A stretch of 64,000 nucleotides of DNA from an uncultured delta proteobacterium (GTDB lineage: Bacteria; Desulfobacterota; Binatia; UBA9968): NCBI GenBank assembly GCA_963760795.1, contig CAVXEP010000015.1:1-64000 (forward strand). Direction: 5' to 3'. Of the stretch, positions 44,199 through 54,602 are shown one piece after another. A model generated the notes under the pieces. It was not told the DNA's origin. It made no database searches and was given only the letters and a program-made list of their open reading frames with translations. Each line of letters begins with the position of its first letter. Positions within the stretch are counted from its first letter, which is position 1. The position numbers and the translations under genes were made by a program.

Positions 44199-44330
44199 TC
44201 ACGTTGTACGGCCTCCGCGCACCCGATTCAACATGCGCGGCTCCAAAATATCGCGAATTGCATCTCCCATAGCATTAAATCCCAGCACTGCCAACATGAT
44301 GAGTAGTCCGGGAAACACCGCCAGATGCGG
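44199..44330 (-). pseudogene. 3' remnant of a DppC/OppC permease
   Basis: Translates as PHLAVFPGLLIMLAVLGFNAMGDAIRDILEPR...*; the 5' part is absent. Confidence 0.85.
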
Positions 44331-44364
44331 AGGGAAGCGCAATTAAGGGCTGCCCGCGCGCACC

Positions 44365-44637
44365 ATGCCGCCCCAAGCGGGCAGAGTCGGATCGACGTCG
44401 AGGCCGAGAAAACTCAGGCCCGCCTCCGCCTTGATCGCCCGCTGCCGTCTGTTCGGCATCGACAAGTTTGAAGCCCTCAACCGCAAAGGAATCTCTGCAA
44501 ACCCCGTCGCCGATCTCTATACCGTGCTGGAGCACAGCAACCCCGATTCAACCGGAGTCTTTACCGGCAGCCACTTGGGCCAGCGCCCGCAGACTTTTCC
44601 CACCTTGGTTAGCTGGCTGAAAATCCGTCTGGCCTAG
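44365..44637 (+). pseudogene. 3' remnant of an alpha/beta hydrolase paralogous to 54603-55730
   Basis: PASALIARCRLFG and PVADLYTVLEH...GSHLG...WLKIRLA align by eye with PASLLDARSYIFG and PISDLYLLAEH...AGHMG...WLKEKLA. Confidence 0.7.
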
Positions 44638-44725
44638 CGTGCTAGAATTTTCTTTGCTGCCTGCGCACTTGCATTAACAGTTGGCTTTGGTCGAAGCATG
44701 ACGTAGAATTTCCCGGCATCATGTT

Positions 44726-45979
44726 ATGCACTTATTAAGCAGAATTCTCACCATACTTTCGTACCTGCTGCCGCTTGTACTGGTCGCGGCCATTTACATG
44801 GCAATCGACCTCCACCCGACCGTCAGGCGTGCCGCCGAAATTACCCCAGGCAATATTCAGAGTGCGCGGCAGATCCTGGCACAAAACGACCCGCGTAAAC
44901 CGGCATACCGGACTCGCCAATCACTCACGCTAAACCAGCAAGATCTCGATCTAGCCGCCAATTACCTCGCATACTTTTACGCCAACGGCGGTGCTCGGCT
45001 CACCGTAGGCAACGGCAGGATCGATTTGACCGCCAGCCTGCGGCCGCCGAAAGCACCGGTGATTTTTTATTTCAATATCGGCGCGATCCTTTCCAGCGGC
45101 GGGCCAGCGCTACAATTCGAGGAACTTCGCATTGGTCAGCTGCCACTGCCAGGGTCCGTTGGCCATTGGTTAGTCAAACTGATCGGCACACAGCTGATTG
45201 GAAAAGATGCCTACGACCTGGTCAATGATGCCATTAAGCGAGTAGAGATTAGAAATGGCCAAATCGTGGTTGGCTACGAATGGCCAGCTTCGTCAACCGG
45301 CCAACTCACCGCGGCGGTAATTTCAGCAGAGGATCAAGAGCGGCTTCGTGTCTATCAAGAACGTTTGGCGTTAATCAACAGTTCGCCCAAAACACGAAAT
45401 GTCCCTCTGGCCGAACTCTCCGCCGCCCTGTTTGAACTCGCCACATTTCGCTCACAACAATTCAGCGCCGCAGGTGAGAATCGCGCCGCCCTTGTCGTCC
45501 TGGCTTTCTATGTCAGCGGCAATTCGCTCGGCAGGTTATTACCGGCGGCCAATAGTTGGCCGCGGCCGACTGAGCAGGTCGTTACGCTCAACGGCCGTGA
45601 CGACTTCGCCAAACACTTTATCGTCTCCGCCGCGCTCGCCGCCAGCACCGGCAGCCCGCTTGCAGACGCCGCGGGGCTCTATAAAGAAATCGCTGACTCA
45701 CGCGCCAGCAGCGGCTTTTCCTTTAGCGATATCGCCGCCGACCGTGCCGGCACGCGCTTTGGAGAGCTTGCCGCCGGAATCACCAGCGCGCAGAAATTTC
45801 AGCAACGGTTATCCGGCGGAATTGCTGAAAAAGACATCATGCCCGCCACTGCCGATCTGCCGGAATTCATGCCGGAGGCGGAGTTCAAGCGCCGCTTCGG
45901 CAGCGTCAATGGAGTCGAATACAAAAAGATGATGGCGGAAATCGAGCGGCGCGTCGCAGCGTTGCCGATTTACCGGTGA
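44726..45979 (+). CDS. Membrane-anchored hypothetical protein with a YfiM-like C-terminal motif
   Basis: N-terminal TM helix; DFAKHF..SA, KEIAD, GFSFSDIAADRAG. Confidence 0.8.
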   Translation: MHLLSRILTILSYLLPLVLVAAIYMAIDLHPTVRRAAEITPGNIQSARQILAQNDPRKPAYRTRQSLTLNQQDLDLAANYLAYFYANGGARLTVGNGRIDLTASLRPPKAPVIFYFNIGAILSSGGPALQFEELRIGQLPLPGSVGHWLVKLIGTQLIGKDAYDLVNDAIKRVEIRNGQIVVGYEWPASSTGQLTAAVISAEDQERLRVYQERLALINSSPKTRNVPLAELSAALFELATFRSQQFSAAGENRAALVVLAFYVSGNSLGRLLPAANSWPRPTEQVVTLNGRDDFAKHFIVSAALAASTGSPLADAAGLYKEIADSRASSGFSFSDIAADRAGTRFGELAAGITSAQKFQQRLSGGIAEKDIMPATADLPEFMPEAEFKRRFGSVNGVEYKKMMAEIERRVAALPIYR

Positions 45980-46520
45980 GGCATTAAGACAATTTGGTGG
46001 GACATTTCGTACGCCGTTGTGAAGCTAAGTGCATGTCCGTCAAACCGGGGATAACTTATAGTGTTACCTAATTGACTGTCCGCGAAACTTGGCATAGCTC
46101 ATCCCGACCCATTTGGATTTCCCGCTTTTCATTAAAAGCTTAAAATTTCCCAAGGCGTGTTGAAAAGACCTCCGCCCAAAGGCCCGGTAAAAAACACCAT
46201 CGGTCTGTTCAAGCTAACCCACGAAGCCCGGTCACAACCCAAGATATTCCTAATCCTCGACCTAGTCGTCGCGGCGATCTCCGACCACCCACTGGGAGGC
46301 TACGAGTTAGTCTTGAAAGGTTCCGAACTCTTTGTGAATGGGAAATTAATCGAGAAGGCTCCGCGCAGTAAGGAGCTGTGCTTTATCATACTGTTAAACT
46401 TCCTCACTACGGAGACAAGAACAATAAGCGACTACCAGAGCTGCACTGCTTCCTGATTCGGCCTCTGATTCGGCCCCCACTTCTAATTGACAGCACTATA
46501 GAGGACCGCACCCGCTATAG

Positions 46521-47516
46521 CTAAAGGTAGCGAGACAGCCGGGGCGTAAAGTAAGCGTGCATTCGTTCGATGCCTTGTTCGAGAGAAGTTGACGGGAACC
46601 ATCCGGTTATTTGGCCGAGTTTAGCGGTATCGAAGTGAACGTCGCCGGTTTCAACGTGCTCGTAATTTTCCGGCCATGGGACGTATTCGATTGAGCCTTT
46701 CTGCAAAACGCGGACAATCGTTTCAGCCATGGTTCGAAACGGGACCGATCGGCCAAAACCGCAATTGAATATCTCCCCGGCCGCAAATGGCGCCACACCG
46801 ACGGCAAGGAAGGCGTTGGCAATATCCGTGGCATAAATGTAATCGCGCATCTGATTGCCGTCACCGAAAATCTTGATCGGGATTCCTTCGAGCGCCAATC
46901 GCATGAACCAGCCGGGTAGCGAATATTTGCTATGCTGTAATTGTTGACGTTCACCATATGGATTAGTGATGCGCAGAACCGCCGTCTTGAGGCCGTAGAG
47001 GCTGGCATAAAGCCGGTGGTATTTTTCAGCCGCGAGCTTATGAACGCCATAAAGAGAAAGCGGCTCAGTGGGATGATCTTCCCGCACCGGCTGGTTAACG
47101 ATTTTGCCGAGCACCAGCCGGGAGCTCGCGAAAATCACTTTAATATCTCGCTGACATTGGCGACAGAGTTCCAGTAGCTGGAGCGTCCCACGAGCATTGA
47201 TGTCGAGGTCGTCAAACGGCATGTGAGCGCTGTCGATGTAGCTCACCTGCGCGGCGAGGTGAAAAATAATATCAACATCCGCGATCAACGGGCGAATCAG
47301 AGATTCATTTCTAAAATCGCCGATACATAGTGCAATGCCTTCGCGAATTTCCTCGATGTTGGTTAAATTGCCGCCGTAAAGGGGTGCCAAAGAATCGATA
47401 ATAGTAACTTTGGCGCCGTAACGTACCAGCTTATGCGCGATATTACTGCCGATAAAACCTAATCCGCCAGTTATAAGCACGCGCGTGCCACGATACTCCT
47501 CAAAATTAACCATCAA
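46521..47516 (-). CDS. NAD-dependent nucleotide-sugar epimerase/dehydratase
   Basis: TGGLGFIG, YGVHK, RITNPYG, GDGNQMRDYIY. Confidence 0.93.
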   Translation of the reverse strand: MMVNFEEYRGTRVLITGGLGFIGSNIAHKLVRYGAKVTIIDSLAPLYGGNLTNIEEIREGIALCIGDFRNESLIRPLIADVDIIFHLAAQVSYIDSAHMPFDDLDINARGTLQLLELCRQCQRDIKVIFASSRLVLGKIVNQPVREDHPTEPLSLYGVHKLAAEKYHRLYASLYGLKTAVLRITNPYGERQQLQHSKYSLPGWFMRLALEGIPIKIFGDGNQMRDYIYATDIANAFLAVGVAPFAAGEIFNCGFGRSVPFRTMAETIVRVLQKGSIEYVPWPENYEHVETGDVHFDTAKLGQITGWFPSTSLEQGIERMHAYFTPRLSRYL

Positions 47517-48498
47517 GACTATCCTTGGCTGCGTTGAACCCGACCAAATCCCCGATGATATACAAGGGTCGTCCTTTCAACTCATCGTAGATTCTACCGA
47601 TGTATTGCCCGATCATTCCCAGGATCGTTAGCTGAACGCAGCCGATGAAAAGCACGATGGCGACCAGCGAGGCCCATCCTTGAACCGGCACGCCCCAGAC
47701 CGCGTTGGCGATCATGATATAAGCGAAATAAGTTATACATAAGCTCACGCCTAAGAAACCAAGCCAGGTCGCAATCCGTAGCGGCACGTCAGAAAATGAC
47801 ACCACCGCATCGAAGGCTAGCCGCACTAAGCGACCGATCGAATATTGAGATTTGCCTGCCCAACGGGGGGCACGTTTATAATACACCGGCGCCTGTGGGT
47901 AGCCGAGCCAACCCACCATCCCCCGAACGAAGCGCGCCCGTTCCCGAAGCTGGTTAAAACTATCCATGGCCCGGCGACTTAGCAGGCGGAAATCGCCAGA
48001 ATCTAGAGCGATTTCGGTCTTTGTGAGCTTCCTTAGGATGCGATAAAAGATTGAGGCGGTTAGCCGCTTGAAGCGCGATTCTCCGGCTCGTTCAAGTCGG
48101 ACTCCATAGACGATATCGTAACCTTCGCGCCACTTTTGGAGAAACTCGGGAATCGCTTCGGGGGGGTCCTGGAGATCAGCATCCATCACCAGAACGGCGT
48201 CACCTTTGCTCAGGTCAAATCCTGCGGTGATAGCGAATTGATGGCCAAAATTCCTGGTTAATTGAATCAACTTGACGCGAGAGTCGGATTCACGGACTGA
48301 TTTAATTACATCGCGCGAATTGTCGCCGCTTCCGTCATCGACGCAGATAATTTCATAATCTTTCAGTCCCGCTTGACCCAAGATTTCGGATAGTCTTTGC
48401 AAGAGCTCTTGAAGGCAGTCGGCATTGTTAAACACCGGCAGCACTACCGTCAATGTGATAGGTATCCGGGTGGCAATGGCCGTCTCAGGCGACATCAT
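47506..48498 (-). CDS. GT2 polyprenol-phosphate glycosyltransferase (GtrB/ArnC-like)
   Basis: VDDGSGD, RNFGHQ, MDADLQDPPE, GDFRL, two C-terminal TM helices. Confidence 0.93.
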   Translation of the reverse strand: MMSPETAIATRIPITLTVVLPVFNNADCLQELLQRLSEILGQAGLKDYEIICVDDGSGDNSRDVIKSVRESDSRVKLIQLTRNFGHQFAITAGFDLSKGDAVLVMDADLQDPPEAIPEFLQKWREGYDIVYGVRLERAGESRFKRLTASIFYRILRKLTKTEIALDSGDFRLLSRRAMDSFNQLRERARFVRGMVGWLGYPQAPVYYKRAPRWAGKSQYSIGRLVRLAFDAVVSFSDVPLRIATWLGFLGVSLCITYFAYIMIANAVWGVPVQGWASLVAIVLFIGCVQLTILGMIGQYIGRIYDELKGRPLYIIGDLVGFNAAKDSLDG

Positions 48499-49244
48499 CA
48501 GCGAATTCCAATATTCGTGTTTAGATATTCGTCAATCTGAGTCAGAGATTTTTTGGCCGCGCTTATGACGTATTGCGCTCCGATTGGACACCAGCCGAGA
48601 AATCGTTCGACGGGACGACACCCGGACAATAACCTTGGAAAGAACACTATGTAGTCCCGCCGGATGACTCGGAGCTCGGCATCGCGCATGTGCTCGATCA
48701 CATGCTGGGGCTTGACTAAAACAGCATCGCGATCGAACGCACATTGTTTGACTACCCAGCGAGTTACCGGGTTTAGTGGATTGTGCTCGAAGACGATTAA
48801 TTTGCCGTTCGCTGCTAAACGACCTGAAAGATCGCGAAAGATATTGCCGCGCTCGCCCACGGGGACATGATGCAAGACTGCCGCCATTACGATGGCATCA
48901 TAGTCATGATCGAGGCGCCCAAGGTCGCTGGTGAAGCATCCTGATTGTGCAAGACTAGTATCGACGCTGGCAATCGATGCCGCTGAGACATCGTAACCGT
49001 GCTGAATCGCGCCTGGAAAGTATTTTTTCAAGGCAGCTGAAAGCAGCCCTACGCCGCAACCGTAGTCGAGAATTTTCTTTCGGCGCCCGTTTGCGCCCAA
49101 GGCCGCCGCCATATAGCTGGCCTTATAATCGGCAAAATAATGCGACGTCTCTCCCGAGAGGGCAACACATTGGTCCAGCAACTTGCGATAGCTTTGCCCA
49201 TATTGGTCGAAATCCGCCACTGAATAATTTCCTCGGCAATTCAA
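48498..49244 (-). CDS. Class I SAM-dependent methyltransferase
   Basis: ILDYGCGVG, VLHHVP, FEHNPLNP. Confidence 0.9.
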   Translation of the reverse strand: MNCRGNYSVADFDQYGQSYRKLLDQCVALSGETSHYFADYKASYMAAALGANGRRKKILDYGCGVGLLSAALKKYFPGAIQHGYDVSAASIASVDTSLAQSGCFTSDLGRLDHDYDAIVMAAVLHHVPVGERGNIFRDLSGRLAANGKLIVFEHNPLNPVTRWVVKQCAFDRDAVLVKPQHVIEHMRDAELRVIRRDYIVFFPRLLSGCRPVERFLGWCPIGAQYVISAAKKSLTQIDEYLNTNIGIR

Positions 49245-49699
49245 GAGTCGATATGCGACCCGCTGCTGTGTCTAGCATATAGAGCTCCATTGTGAAACCA
49301 CCGGGGTAAACGATCTTGCCACAATGGGTCATAGTCCCATTGGGCGAAAGAGTGGGTTCTGTGAAAAGAGAAGATTCTGCTGACAAGTCTCTGCCAAAAA
49401 TAATTTAAACCCTTTTCACTCACAATTACCCCACAATGAACGCCACTCATGGCCGCAGCTTCGGCAGCTACTGGCCTACCAAGATTAAGCTCCGCTGACA
49501 GAATGGTTACAGATCCTCCACAGTGTAAGGCCCCCCTTAGTCGGTTAACCTCACGCTATGGCCGCACCGACCTTTGAATTCTAGCGCCGTCATCGGATAG
49601 TATAAAGGCCACATTGTCGCGTGCCCTGGTCGCGAATCGGCATTTCCAATGCGATGATCGACACCGGAAGCCATTACTCTCTTTAACGTGAGGTAAGTC

Positions 49700-50905
49700 T
49701 TGCGAAAAACTGCGATCCAGTCGAAAGCGAACCTGAGCAATCAGAGCGAATCCGCAGCTACCGTTTCCTTTGCCTCAAGCCGTGACATTGTTATCTTTTC
49801 CATCATTATGTTCGCAATTGCGCTCCGACTCACGGCATTATTCATCCCGCACAACGAGGCAGACGAAGTGATCTATCTGACGCTCGCGGAAAAAGTAACC
49901 CAGAACTTTTCCGATTACACGCTTCAGGGCACACCCCTGCTTGCCAAACTGCCTAAAGCGACCTACGATCAACCGATCTTCCTCCGCCCGCCGTTGTTTG
50001 TATATTTGCTGGCTTTCTTCGGGATTTTTCACGCCCAAGTTTTTCTCCCGTTACTATCCGCTTTAGGAACTCTGTGGACCACCTCGGCAATCGCCACGAA
50101 ACTCTCGAAGCAGAATAACCAAATGATTCTCAGTTGCTTGGTATTATCCTTTTGTCCCATCCTACTTTTTTCATCGGTTAGAATTCTCATTGACATTGTT
50201 TTGGCTCTATTGGTCAGCCTTTGTGTACTGATAACGATTCTCGCGATCGAAAAAGCGAAAACACCTATTTTCGCGATAGCGGGATTGATCTTTGGTCTGG
50301 CCCTCTTGACCAAAGAATCGGCGGTTTTCATATTGCCAGTAATACTTTATTTAATTCTTAGGCCCGGAATTAACCTCCAAAGCCTAATATCAATTGCTTG
50401 TTTTGCAGTTGCTGCACTTTTAATTTCCACTCCATGGTTTCTTTATTTTTTTAAAGTCACCGGTTCTTTTGCTCGCGGTGCCGTGATTGATGCGGAATAC
50501 CTCCAAGTGCCCTTTATCAAGATGGCGGTGGAGAGAAGCTGGTATTTCTATTTCCTGCATGTCGCGCTGATTTCACCGGTTTATTTGTTCGGCTACTTTG
50601 AGATCATCGAGCGATTACGCAAGCGCGAGAGTCTTACGGAAGTTATCTGGGTGTTATCTTATTTCATCCCCTTGACCGTTCATGGTTTTATGGGGAATAG
50701 CTATCAAACGCGATACATTTTGCCCGCCATACCCGCCCTTGCGCTTCTCACCGCTGCTTCGCTGAATAGGCAAAAGCATTGGGCACAATTGACCGCCGTA
50801 GTGCTGCTGGCTTATGAACTATTGACGGGAATCCTCAATTCCGTCGTATTCAAACTCGCCGATGTGTTTTCGCCCTTTCAATTTTTCATCGAGCTTATGT
50901 CTTAG
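49700..50905 (+). CDS. GT-C fold membrane glycosyltransferase (ArnT/PMT-like)
   Basis: DEVIY, RPPLF, GLALLTKE, RYILP, many TM helices. Confidence 0.88.
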   Translation: MRKTAIQSKANLSNQSESAATVSFASSRDIVIFSIIMFAIALRLTALFIPHNEADEVIYLTLAEKVTQNFSDYTLQGTPLLAKLPKATYDQPIFLRPPLFVYLLAFFGIFHAQVFLPLLSALGTLWTTSAIATKLSKQNNQMILSCLVLSFCPILLFSSVRILIDIVLALLVSLCVLITILAIEKAKTPIFAIAGLIFGLALLTKESAVFILPVILYLILRPGINLQSLISIACFAVAALLISTPWFLYFFKVTGSFARGAVIDAEYLQVPFIKMAVERSWYFYFLHVALISPVYLFGYFEIIERLRKRESLTEVIWVLSYFIPLTVHGFMGNSYQTRYILPAIPALALLTAASLNRQKHWAQLTAVVLLAYELLTGILNSVVFKLADVFSPFQFFIELMS

Positions 50906-51078
50906 CGATTGAGCCGACTCAGCGCAGCGATCGTCTGGAGCGGCGGTGTGCACTATTTTTTCCAGAAAGATTGACTCAACGAGTCGACCAACACCCGCCC
51001 GCTGCCGCGTGCTCGGCCCGGACAAATTCGCAGATCCGATTAGCCCAGCATCTAGGTTGGGTTTTCGAACAAAATCTC

Positions 51079-51104
51079 GGATTCCGGCCGGCCCCGGAAT
51101 GACG
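51079..51104. repeat. REP-like palindrome
   Basis: GGATTCCGGCCGGCCCCGGAATGACG hairpin between convergent genes. Confidence 0.5.
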
Positions 51105-51267
51105 GAAAGGGAGACCTATTGATTGTGAATTCGACGATCGGTAGATGAATGAGTTAGGATTTGAGCGCACCCTACTTGGCAGATGCAGCTTCGACCCGCC
51201 GTCGATAAAGCCACTAGCATCAACGTTTTAAACGGCTCGAACGCTTGAACGATTGGAACGTTAAACG

Positions 51268-52038
51268 CTATTTTTGAAACTGCTCTCGCGGAAAATTCGC
51301 CGTCGCCATGACGCCGCCGTCGACGATCAGCGGATGGCCGATGATAAAATTCGAATCATCGCTGACCAGGAACAACGCCGCCTTCGCCTGATCGTCAGCC
51401 GTGCCGAGGCGGCCGGCGAGATTCTGAAATGTCCGGCTGCCCGCCACGTCATCGTCGTAACCCACCGGCGAACCGGAGCGATTGGGCACGATGCAATTGA
51501 CGCGAATGCCGTGCTCCGCCAGCTGCACCGCCATGGCCCGCGTCATGTTGATGACGCCGGCTTTAGCCGCCGCGTAGGCGATGCCGTCGAAGCGGCCGAC
51601 CAAGCCTGATGTCGAACCGAAATTCAAAACTTTGCCGCCGCGTCCCTGGTTCTTCATCTCCATGGCGACATACTTGGTCACCAGATACGGACCTTTCAAA
51701 CTGACGGCGATGACCTTATCGAACTCTTCTTCGGTGCTGTCGAAAATATTGGCGTGATCGGTGAGCGCCGCGTTGTTGACCAGGATATCGATGCCGCCGA
51801 ATTTACCAACCGCTTCTTTCACCATCCGCTGCACATCCCCCGACTTGGAAACATCGCCCAACACTAACGCCGCTTGGCCGCCGGATTGGGTGATCTCGTC
51901 GACCACCGCCTGGCCGCGCCCCTCATGCATCTCGGCGACGACGATCTTCGCGCCTTCGGCGGCGAACAGTTTCGCCATCGACTTGCCGATATTTCTGCCC
52001 GCGCCGGTAATGAGTGCCACTTGATCTTTGAGCTTCAT
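51268..52038 (-). CDS. SDR family oxidoreductase
   Basis: TGAGRNIG, LVNNAA, YAAAK. Confidence 0.94.
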   Translation of the reverse strand: MKLKDQVALITGAGRNIGKSMAKLFAAEGAKIVVAEMHEGRGQAVVDEITQSGGQAALVLGDVSKSGDVQRMVKEAVGKFGGIDILVNNAALTDHANIFDSTEEEFDKVIAVSLKGPYLVTKYVAMEMKNQGRGGKVLNFGSTSGLVGRFDGIAYAAAKAGVINMTRAMAVQLAEHGIRVNCIVPNRSGSPVGYDDDVAGSRTFQNLAGRLGTADDQAKAALFLVSDDSNFIIGHPLIVDGGVMATANFPREQFQK

Positions 52039-52132
52039 CTTCAATCCCCTTAATAAAGACTGTTGCGCGCAATCGTAGCGAGCCTATCCGACGACCTGAC
52101 AGTGTGTCAACTAACGGTCCAACACTTTTCCC

Positions 52133-53764
52133 TCACTCCGCTTTTTGCAGCACCGCTTCGCGCGGCAATTCGTACTTGGCAATGACCGGCTGATTGGCAC
52201 CGAACCGGCGGGCAAGGATAAGAATTTCCTTGTCGAAAAACACCGCCGCCCAATCCGGGTCGAGCATGCGCTGAATGACAAAATTTTCCGCCGCAGCGGA
52301 GCGGCCACTGGGGTTGATGACGATGCTGTTGAATTTATGGGCGGCCAGATGGCGGCGCCACTTTTCCTCGTTCACTAAGAGGGGAAAATAATCCTCAGTG
52401 AAAAACGTCGCCGGATAGGCTTCAGGGCGGTTGTCGACATACACACGCTCGCGCGGATAAAGGCCATAAGTCAAATAGCTGCCGACGTCGAAGGTGTTGA
52501 AGATCGGCCCCTGTAATCGCTCGCTCCGGAGAAACTCCAGCGCCGCCAGATTGCCCTCTTTGAGGCCGATGCCAAAGGCGCCGCGCCCGCCGGCAAAAAA
52601 AAATGCCGGATTGATCAGCAAAAGCAGAACCGCCACACCACTCACCGTAGCCACAGTGCCGAAGGACGAATTGAGCCAGCGCGAGGACTGCGCTCGCACC
52701 ATGCCGCGAAAGTTAGCCGCCGTCAGCGGCAACGCGAAGAAAGCAAAGATAACGAAGTTACGGATGGTCCACCATGCCAGCGCGGCGAAAAACAACGTCA
52801 AGACAAAGTTGCTTACCGAGAAACTAGTACGGTCTTTAATGATGACGTAAAGCCAACTTAAACAGAGCAGGCCGATGATGACTAAGAAAAAAGTTAGCGG
52901 AAGAAACTGAAAGCCTGCCTGAAGAATAGCCGGAACCGAATAGTTTTCGATCACCGGAAATCCATAGCCCTGGAAGATAAACAGCGGATAGACCGCGCCG
53001 CGCAACCCCGCGGGATTGATACAACTGGCGCCAACGGTCGCCAGCGCCACCGCGGTGAGAACTTTCCATGGCTGCCTTTGGGAACTTGCTTGGGGCGATC
53101 TTTGGGCGGCAAGATCGATGAGCGACTGCAAAAGAAAGACACCGACGAGAAACATGCCGATGAAAAAATAAATATGCAGGTTGACCCAAACGATCTGCAA
53201 CAGCGGTAGAATCACCAGCCAACGCGCGCCACGGTGGCCTTGCCGGTAATCCCACAGCAGATGCAGGAACAGACCGCTCATGAGATAGCTGAACATTTCC
53301 GGTCTAATTTCGGAGCGGGTGATCAGAATCGGCATGACGATGACGGTGCATACAGCTCCGAGAGCGAAGCTGCCATAGCGCACGGCCAGGCGGAAGAAAA
53401 TCCATAGGGTGGTCACGCTAACAGCGAGAAAAAACAGCGATAGCCCGGCAAAGCCCAGCATACGCTCGACCAGATAGTAGATCGCACCGCTGCCCCAAGA
53501 ATGATTGACGAACGGATGATCCGGCGTCGTGTAGGCGAAAAGATTGGTGTCGGCTATGAGACCGCTGTGAAAAAACAGCTCGCCGTTCTTCAGGTAGCGG
53601 CCGAGGTCGCTGGTGGTGAGATCGACCGGGTGAGCGAGAAAGCCGGTGTAGACAGCGAGCAAAGCTACGGTCAGACAACCTTGAATGAGCGCGCCTATTG
53701 GACGCGGCTCAACCGCGGCTGCCGCTGGAGCGGCTTGCCGCCGCGCGGAACGTTTCTTGACCAT
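52133..53764 (-). CDS. Multi-pass membrane protein, probably GT-C-like
   Basis: DLGRYLKNGE, NHSW, RPEMFS, WVNLH, VYVDNRPEAY; about 10 TM helices. Confidence 0.75.
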   Translation of the reverse strand: MVKKRSARRQAAPAAAAVEPRPIGALIQGCLTVALLAVYTGFLAHPVDLTTSDLGRYLKNGELFFHSGLIADTNLFAYTTPDHPFVNHSWGSGAIYYLVERMLGFAGLSLFFLAVSVTTLWIFFRLAVRYGSFALGAVCTVIVMPILITRSEIRPEMFSYLMSGLFLHLLWDYRQGHRGARWLVILPLLQIVWVNLHIYFFIGMFLVGVFLLQSLIDLAAQRSPQASSQRQPWKVLTAVALATVGASCINPAGLRGAVYPLFIFQGYGFPVIENYSVPAILQAGFQFLPLTFFLVIIGLLCLSWLYVIIKDRTSFSVSNFVLTLFFAALAWWTIRNFVIFAFFALPLTAANFRGMVRAQSSRWLNSSFGTVATVSGVAVLLLLINPAFFFAGGRGAFGIGLKEGNLAALEFLRSERLQGPIFNTFDVGSYLTYGLYPRERVYVDNRPEAYPATFFTEDYFPLLVNEEKWRRHLAAHKFNSIVINPSGRSAAAENFVIQRMLDPDWAAVFFDKEILILARRFGANQPVIAKYELPREAVLQKAE

Positions 53765-53904
53765 GAATCGATTACGCTGCGGACAGGACGGATTTTCTGT
53801 CAGATAGGCCGCCTGGCGCTGCCGTTGCCGGGCGACAGCGGCTAGATACCGGCCGCGGTCGCCGCGGGTCGTCTTCGGGAACGACACGAACGATGAGCTC
53901 CAGA

Positions 53905-54453
53905 TCAGATCTGCAAATCATCCGGCGGTGTCACCGTGTAGACATCGAAGGTGTTGAGCGTGCACGCGAGCATGGCGTAGTAACCGATGGTCGCGGACAA
54001 CTCCACCATCCCCTTGTCGCCGAACCGGCCGTGGATCGCTTGAAAGGTCGGCTCGCTCACGCGATGGTTATGAATCATCTCACGGACGAAACTGACCAGC
54101 TGAGCATCTTCCGAGGAAAACGTTTCAGCGCCCTGCTTTTGGTACACCGCGCGAATGGTGTCGAGGGAGATGCCGGCCTTTTGCGCGTGGTTCACATGGG
54201 CGGCCCACTCATGCTTGCAGTCGAGCTCCCGCGCCGATACCAAAGCGGCGAACTCAATGACCTTGTGATCCAAGCTCGACTCGAAGCGCACATAGCTGCC
54301 TAGATGCATGGTCCGATAGGCCATCTCCGGGCTATGCAAAAGCGCTTTCCAAGGTCCGCCCACGACGCCACGGCTTTGCGCGATGTCATCGTAGATCTTC
54401 TGATCCTCGAGTTTAAGGTCTTCTTTTTTATCGATGGTTGCAATGCGTGCCAT
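53905..54453 (-). CDS. Carboxymuconolactone decarboxylase family protein
   Basis: GPWKALLHSP, EWAAH, VELSATIGYY. Confidence 0.88.
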   Translation of the reverse strand: MARIATIDKKEDLKLEDQKIYDDIAQSRGVVGGPWKALLHSPEMAYRTMHLGSYVRFESSLDHKVIEFAALVSARELDCKHEWAAHVNHAQKAGISLDTIRAVYQKQGAETFSSEDAQLVSFVREMIHNHRVSEPTFQAIHGRFGDKGMVELSATIGYYAMLACTLNTFDVYTVTPPDDLQI

Positions 54454-54602
54454 ATTCTCACTCCGTTCAGAATTGCTGATTTCAGATTCCAAATTACAGA
54501 ATAAACTAAGCCATTTTTCGCGGTCGAGGTGTTGTCACTCTTTTTGGAAACCCGATGTAGAGGTTCTCACCCGCGAGCGACGTGGTCAACGGCAAATTTG
54601 CC

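Noticed and set aside
46157-46456. 99 aa ORF in AT-rich DNA
   Set aside because: No RBS or recognisable motif; it may be a remnant, but I cannot support a call.
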